Shown here in pieces: positions 44,541-53,280 of a DNA stretch of 64,000 nt. Positions within the stretch are counted from its first letter, which is position 1. Each line of letters opens with the position of its first letter. Source of the stretch: a virus; IMG/VR virus record IMGVR_UViG_3300046559_000446, positions 32,001 to 96,000 of that record; one strand, 5' to 3'. Both the position numbers and the translations under genes were made by a program. The notes beneath the pieces are model-generated. The model did not search any database and was not told the origin of the DNA. It saw nothing but the letters and a program-made list of their open reading frames with translations.

Positions 44541-46492
44541 AAAAGCTCTACGTCGATGTCGAAACCCGCTCTAGGGTTGAACTGGGCGACGCCGGCTCCC
44601 GCCGGTATGCCGCCGATCCTTCGACCATGGTCACCACGGCGGCGTGGAAATGGGCGGCGCCGAAGGGCGCCTTTTCGCCGGCGATGACCGCCTGTAACGT
44701 CCCCAGCCTTGCCGGCATGGGGCGGGCCTCGATGGCCGAATTTACCAAGGCCCTGGGCGAGGCCGACACCATCGTCGCCCATCACATCAATTTCGACGTC
44801 AATGTGATTGCGAAGACGCTCGGCCCCTGCGGCATGCGGCTGGAGCAATTCGACTGCACGATGGCGCGCGCCCAGCGCATGAGCCTCCCTGGCGGGCTGG
44901 ACGAGCTATGCCGCGCGCTCGGCGTCCAGGGCAAGACCGTCGGCGGGCGCAAGTTCGTCATGGCGACCTGCAAGCCTAAGCGCGACGGCTCGTGGAACGA
45001 GGATCCGGAAGTCTTTCGACACCTGATCGATTACAACGCCCAGGATATCCACTGCCTTGAGAGCGTCGATGAAATCCTGCCGCCGCTGCCGCCAGAGGAA
45101 ATGGCGATCTGGCGGCGAACCTGGTGGAAAAACGCTCGCGGGTTGCCGCTCGATCTGGAGCTATGTCACCGAATCGCGGCCAAGAAGGCCGAGATCGAGC
45201 GCGAGATCGCCGGCGAGCTATTTGAGATCACCGGCGGCGCCGTCACCGCCCTGACCCAGCGCGCGCGGATCCTGACCTGGCTCAAGACGCAGGGCGTCGA
45301 TATCGGCAACACCCAGCGCGCGACGCTCGAAACCTGGCTCGATCTGGAAACGCTGCCATTTTCCGCCTGGCGGATCCTGACGTATCTTTTCGACAGCGGA
45401 GGCTCGGCGCCGACCAAGGCCCAGGCTTTGCTCGACCGGCAGGTCAACGGCCTGTTTCAGGACGCCACCCGCTATTTCGGCGCTCGATCCGGACGAGGGA
45501 CGTCCGAGGGCGTCAATATGTTCAACATCGCCCGGCCATCAGGCAAATACGACACCGAGACGGTGATCGCGCGGCTGAAAGCGGAGCCAAACGGCGTCTT
45601 CACCAACACCGAGCTATCGGACGTCCTGCGCGGCGCCATTGTTGCTCCACAGGGCGACGTGGTGATCGACGCCGATCTGTCCAACATCGAGCTACGCCTG
45701 TCGCTGTGGTTCGCCGGCGATCAGGCCAAGCTGGACCTGCTCGCCAAGGGAGACGACCTTTACGCCAAAACCGCCGGCAATTCGATGGGGGTTCCGGGAT
45801 TGACTAAAAACAGCCATCCCAAAGAGCGCCAGGCCTACAAAAAAGTGGTGCTGTCGGGCGGCTACGGGATCGGCATCGACAAGCTTTTCCGCACCTTCAA
45901 GGTCGATAAAGACCTGCCCTACGAGTACAGGCGCGACATCACCTATGATCAGGTCGCCGCGATCCACCGAGGCTATCGGGCCGATAATGTCCCTCTGCAA
46001 AAATCCTGGTACGCCCTGGGCGACGCCATGAAGCTGGCCCTGCGCGAGCGCGGGCGGGTGATCGAGGTCTGCGACGGCAAGATCGCCTTTCTCTATCGCG
46101 GCGCCGAGGATGTCATGGCCCTGCGCCTGCCGTCGGGCCGGGTGATCCCACACTATAAGCCTCACCTCGACGAAGAGGGCCAGCTATGCTTCTGGAGGGC
46201 GAAATACGGGCGCATGATGAAATGCCGCACCTGGGGTGGCGCGCTGATGGAGATTGCCTGCCAGAGCGCGGCGCGCGACGTCCTGGTGGCTGTCGAAGCT
46301 GGCATCGAGCAGGAGCTTCCCGACGTGCGCCTGATCCTCGACATCTACGACAGCGTGGTCGCCCTGGCGCCCAAGGCGGTCGCCCAGCAGCGATTGGATC
46401 ACATCTTAACCATCATGCGGCGGACGCCGGCTTGGGCTGTCGGCCTGCCCCTGAACGCTGAGGGCATGATCGCGGCGAGGATGCAAAAATGA
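44537..46492 (+). CDS. polA: DNA polymerase, family A (with 3'-5' exonuclease)
   Basis: DVET ExoI; HHINFD ExoII; motif A DLSNIELR; motif B RQAYKKVVLSGGYG; motif C IYDS. Confidence 0.9.
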   Translation: MKKLYVDVETRSRVELGDAGSRRYAADPSTMVTTAAWKWAAPKGAFSPAMTACNVPSLAGMGRASMAEFTKALGEADTIVAHHINFDVNVIAKTLGPCGMRLEQFDCTMARAQRMSLPGGLDELCRALGVQGKTVGGRKFVMATCKPKRDGSWNEDPEVFRHLIDYNAQDIHCLESVDEILPPLPPEEMAIWRRTWWKNARGLPLDLELCHRIAAKKAEIEREIAGELFEITGGAVTALTQRARILTWLKTQGVDIGNTQRATLETWLDLETLPFSAWRILTYLFDSGGSAPTKAQALLDRQVNGLFQDATRYFGARSGRGTSEGVNMFNIARPSGKYDTETVIARLKAEPNGVFTNTELSDVLRGAIVAPQGDVVIDADLSNIELRLSLWFAGDQAKLDLLAKGDDLYAKTAGNSMGVPGLTKNSHPKERQAYKKVVLSGGYGIGIDKLFRTFKVDKDLPYEYRRDITYDQVAAIHRGYRADNVPLQKSWYALGDAMKLALRERGRVIEVCDGKIAFLYRGAEDVMALRLPSGRVIPHYKPHLDEEGQLCFWRAKYGRMMKCRTWGGALMEIACQSAARDVLVAVEAGIEQELPDVRLILDIYDSVVALAPKAVAQQRLDHILTIMRRTPAWAVGLPLNAEGMIAARMQK

Positions 46493-46500
46493 GGATTAAT

Positions 46501-46656
46501 ATGGATGGAGCGCGACAGGACAGGCTCACCATCGAATCAGGAGAATTTGCTGATCGGGAGGCGTTCGAAAAATGGATTAAACAGCTAAACACCGCTGCCG
46601 CCATCCTGTGGGGGCCGGCGCCCAAGAAAACGAAAAAATCCGTGGAGCCGAAATGA
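46501..46656 (+). CDS. Small hypothetical protein (51 aa)
   Basis: GAGGA RBS; open frame MDGARQ...SVEPK (below the track cut-off). Confidence 0.55.
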   Translation: MDGARQDRLTIESGEFADREAFEKWIKQLNTAAAILWGPAPKKTKKSVEPK

Positions 46657-46817
46657 ACGACGGCGACATGCACTGGTATCGGTATGTCCCCTGGGCGCTG
46701 GTGGAGGCCTATCAGGCGCTCGGCTGGGTGCTGGAAGGCGACATGGGGCCGGTCATGCGCGTCTACCGCGCCATCATGCGCTGGGCGGGCCAGGGCGAAC
46801 CCGTGGAGCCGAAATGA
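46640..46817 (+). repeat. 17-bp direct repeat CCGTGGAGCCGAAATGA (46640-46656 and 46801-46817)
   Basis: Exact match read from the sequence. Confidence 0.9.
46653..46817 (+). CDS. Small hypothetical protein (54 aa)
   Basis: ATGA-coupled at both ends; ends PVEPK. Confidence 0.6.
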   Translation: MNDGDMHWYRYVPWALVEAYQALGWVLEGDMGPVMRVYRAIMRWAGQGEPVEPK

Positions 46818-47818
46818 GATATTTGAGCGTCGCGAGCGGGATCGAGGGCGCCACGGTCGCCTGGGGGCCGCTCGGCTGGGAGCCGGTGGCCTTTGCCGAG
46901 ATCAATCCGGCGGCGACCGCGATCCTGACGCGCCACTATCCAAAAGTGCCGAACTTTGGCGACATGACCCGGCTGTTCACGCCGGCGCTGGGGCCGGTCG
47001 ATCTGCTTGTCGGCGGGACACCATGCCAGGCCTTTTCCGTTGCCGGCGTCCGCCGGGGCCTCGATGACGCGCGCGGCAACCTGGCCCTCGCATTTGTGGA
47101 GTTAGCGCATGAACTCGCCCGAAAAAACGGCCTCCGGAATTGCCTGTGGGAAAACGTCCCCGGCGTCCTCTCAATGCGAGACAACGCCTTTGGCTGTTTC
47201 CTGGGAGGCCTTGTCGGCGGCGACGCCATCGTTCTGCCAGGAGGCGGAAGGTGGCCCGATCAAGGTATGGCTTCCGGTCCCAGGGGACGCCTTTGCTGGC
47301 GTGTGCTCGACGCTCAACATTTCGGCCTCGCCCAACGACGCCGTCGCCTGTTCGTTGTCGTCGATTTTGGAGGTGGGGCCGATCCCGCTGCAGTTTTATT
47401 TGAGCGCGCAGGTCTGCATAAACATCCTGCGCAAGCGCAAGATGCTCCCTTTCCTGCTGTACCGGGCGCTAATACACCAGGCGCTCAGGATGGGGAGCAA
47501 CCCTTCACTCTCGCCATCAGGGGGCGCAAGGACGGCGCGCAGATAGAATGGCGGCAGGATGGCCTGGCCAATGTGCTGCTGACGCCCAGCGGGGGCCGGG
47601 CCGGCATAGGCGTCGGCGCTATTTGTGTTGACGATACATTGCGGCGGTTCACGCCGACCGAGGCCGAGCGGCTGATGGGCTTTCCTGACGGTTATACCGG
47701 CGGCCAGGCCGATTCGGATCGATACCGGCAGCTTGGCAACTCATTTCCGATCCCCGTATTACGCTGGATCGGACGGCGCTTTGAAAATAATTTTGAAAAA
47801 ATGCAAAAAGGTGTTTGA
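46814..47818 (+). CDS. DNA (cytosine-5)-methyltransferase
   Basis: SGIEG motif I, GGTPCQAFS motif IV, ENVPG motif VI, QRRRRLF motif VIII, LGNS motif X. Confidence 0.92.
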   Translation: MRYLSVASGIEGATVAWGPLGWEPVAFAEINPAATAILTRHYPKVPNFGDMTRLFTPALGPVDLLVGGTPCQAFSVAGVRRGLDDARGNLALAFVELAHELARKNGLRNCLWENVPGVLSMRDNAFGCFLGGLVGGDAIVLPGGGRWPDQGMASGPRGRLCWRVLDAQHFGLAQRRRRLFVVVDFGGGADPAAVLFERAGLHKHPAQAQDAPFPAVPGANTPGAQDGEQPFTLAIRGRKDGAQIEWRQDGLANVLLTPSGGRAGIGVGAICVDDTLRRFTPTEAERLMGFPDGYTGGQADSDRYRQLGNSFPIPVLRWIGRRFENNFEKMQKGV

Positions 47819-47854
47819 CAACCGAACACGCCATGTCCTATAAGGGGTCATCAG
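47815..47854 (+). promoter_or_regulatory. Early promoter cassette, copy 1
   Basis: A-rich UP element, TTGACA-accgaacacgccatgtcc-TATAAG-gggtcatcagc. Confidence 0.75.
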
Positions 47855-47896
47855 CGGACGGGAATTGACCCGCCGCTCTCTCCAGGGGCCAAGACC

Positions 47897-48202
47897 ATGA
47901 ACCACACTCTCGCTGATCGTTACCAGGCCGCCAAGGCCGTCGCCGCCAAGGCCGATGCCGAGGTCAAGGCGCTCCACGCCGAACTGCTCGCTCTGGGCCA
48001 GCCGGTGGTCGAGGGCCAGCGTTGCACGATCAAGATCGCGGACGCTCCCAAGGACAGCCTGACCAAGGAAATGCTCGTCGGTGAGTTCGGCCTCGACTGG
48101 TACAAGGCTCGCGCCAAGACCATCGAAGGCAAGCGCGTCACCATCATCGCCAAGGCCATGCAGACCTTGGTCGTCAAGGCGCTGGAGGAAATCAGCGCCT
48201 GA
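47897..48202 (+). CDS. Hypothetical early protein
   Basis: First ORF after the promoter; strong phage codon usage. Confidence 0.75.
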   Translation: MNHTLADRYQAAKAVAAKADAEVKALHAELLALGQPVVEGQRCTIKIADAPKDSLTKEMLVGEFGLDWYKARAKTIEGKRVTIIAKAMQTLVVKALEEISA

Positions 48203-48276
48203 TTGAAGTCTCAGTGCGGTGGGGGTTTAGGCGCCCCCATTTCGCGGACACTTTCGTCCGACCAAGAGGAACACGC

Positions 48277-48417
48277 ATGAAAAAGTTCTACATTCCCGGC
48301 CTTCTGCTCGCCATCATCATCGTCGGCGGCATCGTCGCCAAGGCCCACGCTGGAACCTGCACCACGACCTGCAACACCTACGGCAACCAGCGGTACTGCA
48401 ACACCACCTGTTACTAA
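48277..48417 (+). CDS. Secreted Cys-rich micropeptide (46 aa)
   Basis: GAGGA RBS; signal peptide MKKFYIPGLLLAIIIVGGIVAKAHA then GTCTTTCNTYGNQRYCNTTCY. Confidence 0.7.
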   Translation: MKKFYIPGLLLAIIIVGGIVAKAHAGTCTTTCNTYGNQRYCNTTCY

Positions 48418-48551
48418 ACACAGCTTCGGTTCAATAGCCCTGGGGTCGCCCCCGGAGATGCGTCCTGCGCGTCGGCTGTGTTTTCTGTCCCTCTGGACCT
48501 GCCCCCTTGAGAAAGGGGCAGACCCGGAAGATCCGAAAAAGGAAAAAATCA

Positions 48552-48881
48552 ATGTCCGTCTTTGAAGTCGCCCTTTACGAAATCACTCAGAGCGTTCGCC
48601 ACCTGAAGCGCAGCGCCAAGGAAAAGAACCAGGTCAAGTTTGACAGCAACGCCGCCTACCTGCGCGGTTTGGTTGAGGCGCTGATCAGCCAGCAGGCCAA
48701 AGCTTTCGAGGCCCCCGTCCTGCCGCTCTACGCGGTGCGGCTCTACAGCAAGATCACCAAGACCGAGGCGTCGTTCGACGTGCGGGCCAGCAGCGAACTG
48801 GCGGCGGTTCGCGCCCTCGTCAACCGTGGTTTCCACAACAAGGACCACATCGTGCGCGGCGTCGATCTGGTGCGGGCATGA
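48552..48881 (+). CDS. Hypothetical protein
   Basis: AAGGA RBS; coupled to the next ORF. Confidence 0.65.
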   Translation: MSVFEVALYEITQSVRHLKRSAKEKNQVKFDSNAAYLRGLVEALISQQAKAFEAPVLPLYAVRLYSKITKTEASFDVRASSELAAVRALVNRGFHNKDHIVRGVDLVRA

Positions 48882-49081
48882 AAGCGAAGCTTGACGTCTC
48901 CGTCGAAGACCACGGCTCGCTGTGGCTCTTTCGACCCATCACCGAGGACGCCAAGACCTGGATCGACGACAACGTCGAGGACGCGGCGCTATGGTTCGGC
49001 GGCGCCCTCGCCGTCGAGGCCCGGTTCGTCCAGGCCCTGATCGAGGGCATGCTGGCCGACGGCCTGGAGGTGGGCAGATGA
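48878..49081 (+). CDS. Hypothetical protein (HGSLWLFRP...W...VE)
   Basis: ATGA coupling at both ends. Confidence 0.7.
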   Translation: MKAKLDVSVEDHGSLWLFRPITEDAKTWIDDNVEDAALWFGGALAVEARFVQALIEGMLADGLEVGR

Positions 49082-49263
49082 AGCGCGCCACATGGGTGAA
49101 CGGCAAGCGCCGCGTCACCGGCGAGTGGCGATACCACTGGAGCAGCGACACGTTCGTGATTGTGCTCGACGGACGCAATCGCCTGACGGGGCGTCCAAAC
49201 GTGATCTACGCCAAGGGCGAAGAGCCTGAATGGGGCAACTGGAAAAGAGAGGCGGAACGATGA
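49078..49263 (+). CDS. Hypothetical protein
   Basis: ATGA coupling. Confidence 0.6.
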   Translation: MKRATWVNGKRRVTGEWRYHWSSDTFVIVLDGRNRLTGRPNVIYAKGEEPEWGNWKREAER

Positions 49264-49457
49264 ACATTGAGCAGCGCCGAATCCTGGCCCACCTGCCCAA
49301 CAATGTCACGGTCGAAGAGTGGCCGGAACAGACCTATTGGCGCTGGATCGTGGCCCGCGCCTATACCAAAGGCGCCCGCGAGGTGAAGGCATACACCACC
49401 AAGGCCAGCGCAATGCGCGGCGGCCAGCGTTTGAGCAAACACCGGAAGGGGATCTAA
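49260..49457 (+). CDS. Hypothetical protein
   Basis: ATGA coupling. Confidence 0.6.
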   Translation: MNIEQRRILAHLPNNVTVEEWPEQTYWRWIVARAYTKGAREVKAYTTKASAMRGGQRLSKHRKGI

Positions 49458-49460
49458 AGC

Positions 49461-49688
49461 ATGACGACGAAGGAAATGAGCGAAATGGGCTTGACCGATA
49501 TCCCGCTCACTGCGGACGAGGTTCGCACCGCCATCCTGGCGCTGCACGAAGCGGAGGAAATTTACCTCCGTCGCGCCGCGCGCTACAGGGAGGCCGGATT
49601 CTCGGCCAACCATGCCGACTGCCTCAAGCGGGCCGGCAAGGCCCAGGCGCTGGCCAACTGGGTCGCCCACCACGCCGACGCGGAGTGA
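49461..49688 (+). CDS. Hypothetical protein
   Basis: 75-aa ORF in the operon. Confidence 0.6.
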   Translation: MTTKEMSEMGLTDIPLTADEVRTAILALHEAEEIYLRRAARYREAGFSANHADCLKRAGKAQALANWVAHHADAE

Positions 49689-49876
49689 TGGCCATGCGCA
49701 AGTTTGAAGTTACGGTCCTGGTGACCAGGGAAGGGGCGCTGCGCCCTTTCCGCGTCCATTATCTCACGATGGCCCACACTTTCGAGCAGGCGCGCCAGAA
49801 GGTCGCTGCCCAGGCTCTGAAGCATAAAACCCACCAGTTCATCCGCGTCGTCGATGCAAGGAAACCCGAAGCATGA
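49688..49876 (+). CDS. Hypothetical protein
   Basis: TGATG coupling. Confidence 0.55.
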   Translation: MAMRKFEVTVLVTREGALRPFRVHYLTMAHTFEQARQKVAAQALKHKTHQFIRVVDARKPEA

Positions 49877-50181
49877 AGCGTCGCTATCTGACGAAGACCC
49901 AAAAGGCCGTGCTCAAGAGCATGGCCGACAACGGCGGGCGCGCGGTGATCGCCACTGGCACCCGGTGGAGCACCTTCAGCCCCGGCAGGTGCTGCATCTT
50001 CGGGCAAGGAATGCACTGCCTGCTTCACAATCGCTGGATCACCAGCCGTGGCGAAAACCAAATCGGATTTTACGCCTGGACGACCGAAGGCCGGCTGGCG
50101 CACGAGCGCGGCTGGTTCATCCCGCAACTCTATTCCTCGCCCCACTGGGCTGATGAAAAACCCTTGCCCGACGAATCTTGA
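49873..50181 (+). CDS. Hypothetical (possible winged-helix) protein
   Basis: LTKTQKAVLKSM...Y..TTEGR pattern. Confidence 0.55.
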   Translation: MKRRYLTKTQKAVLKSMADNGGRAVIATGTRWSTFSPGRCCIFGQGMHCLLHNRWITSRGENQIGFYAWTTEGRLAHERGWFIPQLYSSPHWADEKPLPDES

Positions 50182-50200
50182 ACTTTTTTCGAAAAGGCTG

Positions 50201-50250
50201 TTGACACCCGATCACGTTGTGTCCTATAAAGGGTCATCAACAACGACGAG
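50201..50250 (+). promoter_or_regulatory. Early promoter cassette, copy 2
   Basis: TTGACA-cccgatcacgttgtgtcc-TATAAA-gggtcatcaacaacgacgagg. Confidence 0.75.
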
Positions 50251-50259
50251 GCGCACAAA

Positions 50260-50412
50260 ATGTTCGGTTACTTCTACGGAAACGTCCTCATCATCGCGAA
50301 GACCCCTTACGGAGGTAAGGATTTTCGGGACGGCGAGCAGATCATCTGCTGGAGCAAGCGCGAAGCCCGCAAGATCTGCAAGGCTCGCGGCATCAAGCCC
50401 TGGAATTTCTAA
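50260..50412 (+). CDS. Small hypothetical protein (50 aa)
   Basis: GAGG RBS; MFGYFYG...KPWNF; followed by a GAAA hairpin. Confidence 0.6.
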   Translation: MFGYFYGNVLIIAKTPYGGKDFRDGEQIICWSKREARKICKARGIKPWNF

Positions 50413-50413
50413 C

Positions 50414-50431
50414 CGGGGGCGAAAGCCCCCG
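50414..50431 (+). terminator. GC-rich hairpin (CGGGGGC-GAAA-GCCCCCG), possible terminator
   Basis: Perfect stem right after the stop; lacks a clear U-tract. Confidence 0.45.
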
Positions 50432-50462
50432 CCTGCCCCCCACCCAAACGGGATTTCCTGCT

Positions 50463-50777
50463 ATGTCCAAGATCTACCTCCCCATTTCCAAAGGCCCCTA
50501 CCTCAAGAAAGAGGGCAACTGGGTTCGCGAGAACCCGCTCTGCGACCTGACCTTCGACGCCCTGCTCAAGGATCTGGTCGATGGTCAGTATGACGACGAG
50601 ATCGTCTCGATCATCGAGATCGACCTGGTCGCCGGCACCTCGAAAGAGGTGATCGACGAGTTCGCGGACGCGGTCTACGCCAAGGTCGAGGCCGACTGGC
50701 GCCCGATTGGCGCGGACCTGGCCGAATGGCTGGCTGATCGCGGGTTCCAGGTGTCTCAGAGCGGGGGAGAACGCTGA
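50463..50777 (+). CDS. Hypothetical acidic protein
   Basis: 104-aa ORF. Confidence 0.7.
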   Translation: MSKIYLPISKGPYLKKEGNWVRENPLCDLTFDALLKDLVDGQYDDEIVSIIEIDLVAGTSKEVIDEFADAVYAKVEADWRPIGADLAEWLADRGFQVSQSGGER

Positions 50778-50873
50778 TGAGCGCCTTCTGGAAAGACGCC
50801 ATCCTGGTCGCCCTCGCGACCCTCGCCATCCTGGGCTATGTGAACCTGGTTGAAAATTTTTTCTGAAATCAGG

Positions 50874-50921
50874 TTGACAGGCGAACACGGTGTGTCCTAT
50901 AAGGGGACATCAGCAACGAGG
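50874..50921 (+). promoter_or_regulatory. Early promoter cassette, copy 3
   Basis: TTGACA-ggcgaacacggtgtgtcc-TATAAG-gggacatcagcaacgagg. Confidence 0.75.
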
Positions 50922-50929
50922 ACACACCG

Positions 50930-51364
50930 ATGAAACTCTCCACCGCCCGCCTCACAGACATCGCCGCGATCAACAAGTTCCTGTTCGCCGGCAACGCCAC
51001 TTTCACCCTGGTGTCGGCCAAGACCGGCGCTCGCTACACCTTCAAGGCGCGTCACTGCGGCGACGAAGGCAAGGATCTGTTTTTCGTGTCGGTCCTGACC
51101 GGCGCCGACAACGAGGCCTCCTACACCTACCTGGGCCAGTTCGTCGGCATGCGCGGGTTCCAGCATGGCCGCAAATCGACGATCAGCGCCGAGGCGCCGT
51201 CGGCCAAGGCCCTGGCCTGGTTCTCCAAGTTCCTGAACACCGCGAGCCTGCCCGATGTGGTCGAGTTCTGGCACGAGGGCAAGTGCTGCCGCTGCGGTCG
51301 CAAATTGACCGTCCCCGCTTCCATCGCTTCCGGCATTGGTCCGGAATGCGCCACCAAGATCTGA
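50930..51364 (+). CDS. DUF6011-like Zn-finger protein
   Basis: CCRCGRKLTVPASIASGIGPECA C-terminal signature. Confidence 0.75.
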   Translation: MKLSTARLTDIAAINKFLFAGNATFTLVSAKTGARYTFKARHCGDEGKDLFFVSVLTGADNEASYTYLGQFVGMRGFQHGRKSTISAEAPSAKALAWFSKFLNTASLPDVVEFWHEGKCCRCGRKLTVPASIASGIGPECATKI

Positions 51365-51375
51365 GGATTTCTCTG

Positions 51376-52308
51376 ATGAAAAAGCTTGCTCTCCTGGCTT
51401 CCCTGCTGTGCTCCGTCTCGGCCCAGGCCGCCGAATACAAGATCGTCAACATGCCGAGCGGCGACATCCTCGCCGTCGAGGGCGACATCAATTATGGCGA
51501 AGAAACGGTTTTCGAGGCCCGCCTGGCCGATATCGCCAAGGCCGGCCACACCGTCACCGGGATCGGCCTCAACTCGCCTGGCGGCAACGTCTACACCGCC
51601 GAGGCCATGGCGATCATTGTCGCCAAGCAGGGCTACACCGTCATGGTCGCCAATGGCGATATGTGCGCCTCGTCCTGCTTTCTGATCCTGGCCGCCGGCA
51701 AGGAAAAGCTGGTCATGGCCGACGCTAAGATCGGCGTCCATGGGGCCAGCATGAACGGCAAAGAGGACACCAGCGCCGCCAAGGTCACGCTCTTGATGAT
51801 CGCGGATCTGAAAGAGTACGGCGTCCCGCCGGCGATCCTGGGCAAGCTGGCGATGACCGGCAACAGCGAGGTGTCCTGGCTCGATAGCGCGGACCTGCGC
51901 AGCATGGGCGTCGATATCGTGCCGGTCAAACCCAAGGCGGCTGCGGCGCCCGCGTCCATGCCCAGGCCTTCTGCTGCGCCGCCGGCGCCGGCCAGCAATA
52001 CGATCAACTGGTCTGGCTCCTGGGGCGACTACGTCGATCAGGCCGCTCGCTGGTCGAAAGAGAGCTACGGCAAGCTGAACCTGTCGCGGGTCATGCATAA
52101 CGACGGCTCTTACCTGTTGAGCATCAGCTATGTGTCGAACACCAAGAAGCGGGTCGAGCTTGTGGAGAACCACACCACCGGCGCTGAGAAGGAATTTGAC
52201 GCCTGGACCTGCGTCCACTACTCGGACGCACTCAAGAAGTGCCGTGGCTGGGGCATTCAGCAATGGGACACCTACAACAAGATCAACGCAAGATGGGTGA
52301 AGCAATGA
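51376..52308 (+). CDS. Secreted protein with ClpP/crotonase-like domain
   Basis: Signal peptide MKKLALLASLLCSVSAQA; LNSPGG.V..A, CASSCFLIL.AG and KIGVHG motifs. Confidence 0.7.
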   Translation: MKKLALLASLLCSVSAQAAEYKIVNMPSGDILAVEGDINYGEETVFEARLADIAKAGHTVTGIGLNSPGGNVYTAEAMAIIVAKQGYTVMVANGDMCASSCFLILAAGKEKLVMADAKIGVHGASMNGKEDTSAAKVTLLMIADLKEYGVPPAILGKLAMTGNSEVSWLDSADLRSMGVDIVPVKPKAAAAPASMPRPSAAPPAPASNTINWSGSWGDYVDQAARWSKESYGKLNLSRVMHNDGSYLLSISYVSNTKKRVELVENHTTGAEKEFDAWTCVHYSDALKKCRGWGIQQWDTYNKINARWVKQ

Positions 52309-52384
52309 TGCAGACTATGTGGATGCTTATCGTGGGATTCGCGATTATCTATATGGTGATCGCGGCGGTATTTAGGAGGTAAAA

Positions 52385-52588
52385 ATGAAAACACACCCGT
52401 CAATTACTATTGACCGCCTCTTGGATGCGGTCGAGCGCCGCGATCATTGCCTGGACAATCCGGGCTTCTGCATCGCATGCGGCGGCGAGCAGGATGGCTG
52501 CGAACCGGACGCCAGGAAATACGTCTGCGAGGCCTGCGGCAAGCGGGCGGTGTACGGCGCCGAGGAGATCCTGCAATGCATTTCATGA
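52385..52588 (+). CDS. Small Zn-ribbon protein
   Basis: CIACG...EPDA..Y.CEACG...VYGAEE. Confidence 0.7.
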   Translation: MKTHPSITIDRLLDAVERRDHCLDNPGFCIACGGEQDGCEPDARKYVCEACGKRAVYGAEEILQCIS

Positions 52589-52701
52589 TCGGATTCGGGA
52601 TTTTCGTGCTGTGCTGGGGCCTGTTCCCGCGCGTCATGGGCTGGATCACCCTGCTGGCTGTCGTCGCTCTCGTCTTGACCATTGGAGGGTCGCACCAATG
52701 A
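52585..52701 (+). CDS. Small hydrophobic membrane peptide
   Basis: ATGA coupling; MIGFGIFVLCWGLFPRVMGWITLLAVVALVLTIGGSHQ. Confidence 0.5.
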   Translation: MIGFGIFVLCWGLFPRVMGWITLLAVVALVLTIGGSHQ

Positions 52702-52904
52702 ACTGGAAACCGGAGGTTAAAATCAGCGGAAACTGGGAGCACAATCGCCTGGTGTTCGCGACCAAGGAAGAGGCCGAAATCAGCGCGCATAGCCTGTTCA
52801 TGCGCTGGACCCTGGCCGAGGATCACCGGGCCGTCGAGAGCAGCGACCCGGTCAACTACGTCATCATCGACGGCGAAATGTCGCCGGTCAGGGAGGGGGC
52901 TTGA
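52698..52904 (+). CDS. Hypothetical protein (NRLVFATKEEAE...RW...ES.DPVNY)
   Basis: GGAGGG RBS; ATGA coupling. Confidence 0.65.
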   Translation: MNWKPEVKISGNWEHNRLVFATKEEAEISAHSLFMRWTLAEDHRAVESSDPVNYVIIDGEMSPVREGA

Positions 52905-53004
52905 CCCTCGCCTTTATCATCATTCTCCTGGCGGCCAGCGCGCCCAAAACCATGCTGGCCGGCTTAATTGCAACCCTCATCACCCTGAACTGGACGAGAA
53001 CCCA

Positions 53005-53280
53005 ATGAACAACAGACCCGAATTTCCCTTTCCGCCCATGCTCTACGGCAATGTCGAAGGGATGGAAGAGCCAATCATTACCGCCGCAGTCGATGTGGGC
53101 GAGGATCTGAGCTTTCTGCCGCCCGACGCCATAATCAACGTCGGCATGCTGCTGATCGTCATGGGCGTCAATGGCATGGACGCCTGCCCCGACCCGATTG
53201 CGACGCTCAACAAGGTGCGGGATTGCGCCTTTGCTTCGCTGGAAAACCTGCGCAAATACACCCAAGAGAGGACAAACTGA
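53005..53280 (+). CDS. Hypothetical protein
   Basis: 91-aa ORF in the operon. Confidence 0.65.
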   Translation: MNNRPEFPFPPMLYGNVEGMEEPIITAAVDVGEDLSFLPPDAIINVGMLLIVMGVNGMDACPDPIATLNKVRDCAFASLENLRKYTQERTN

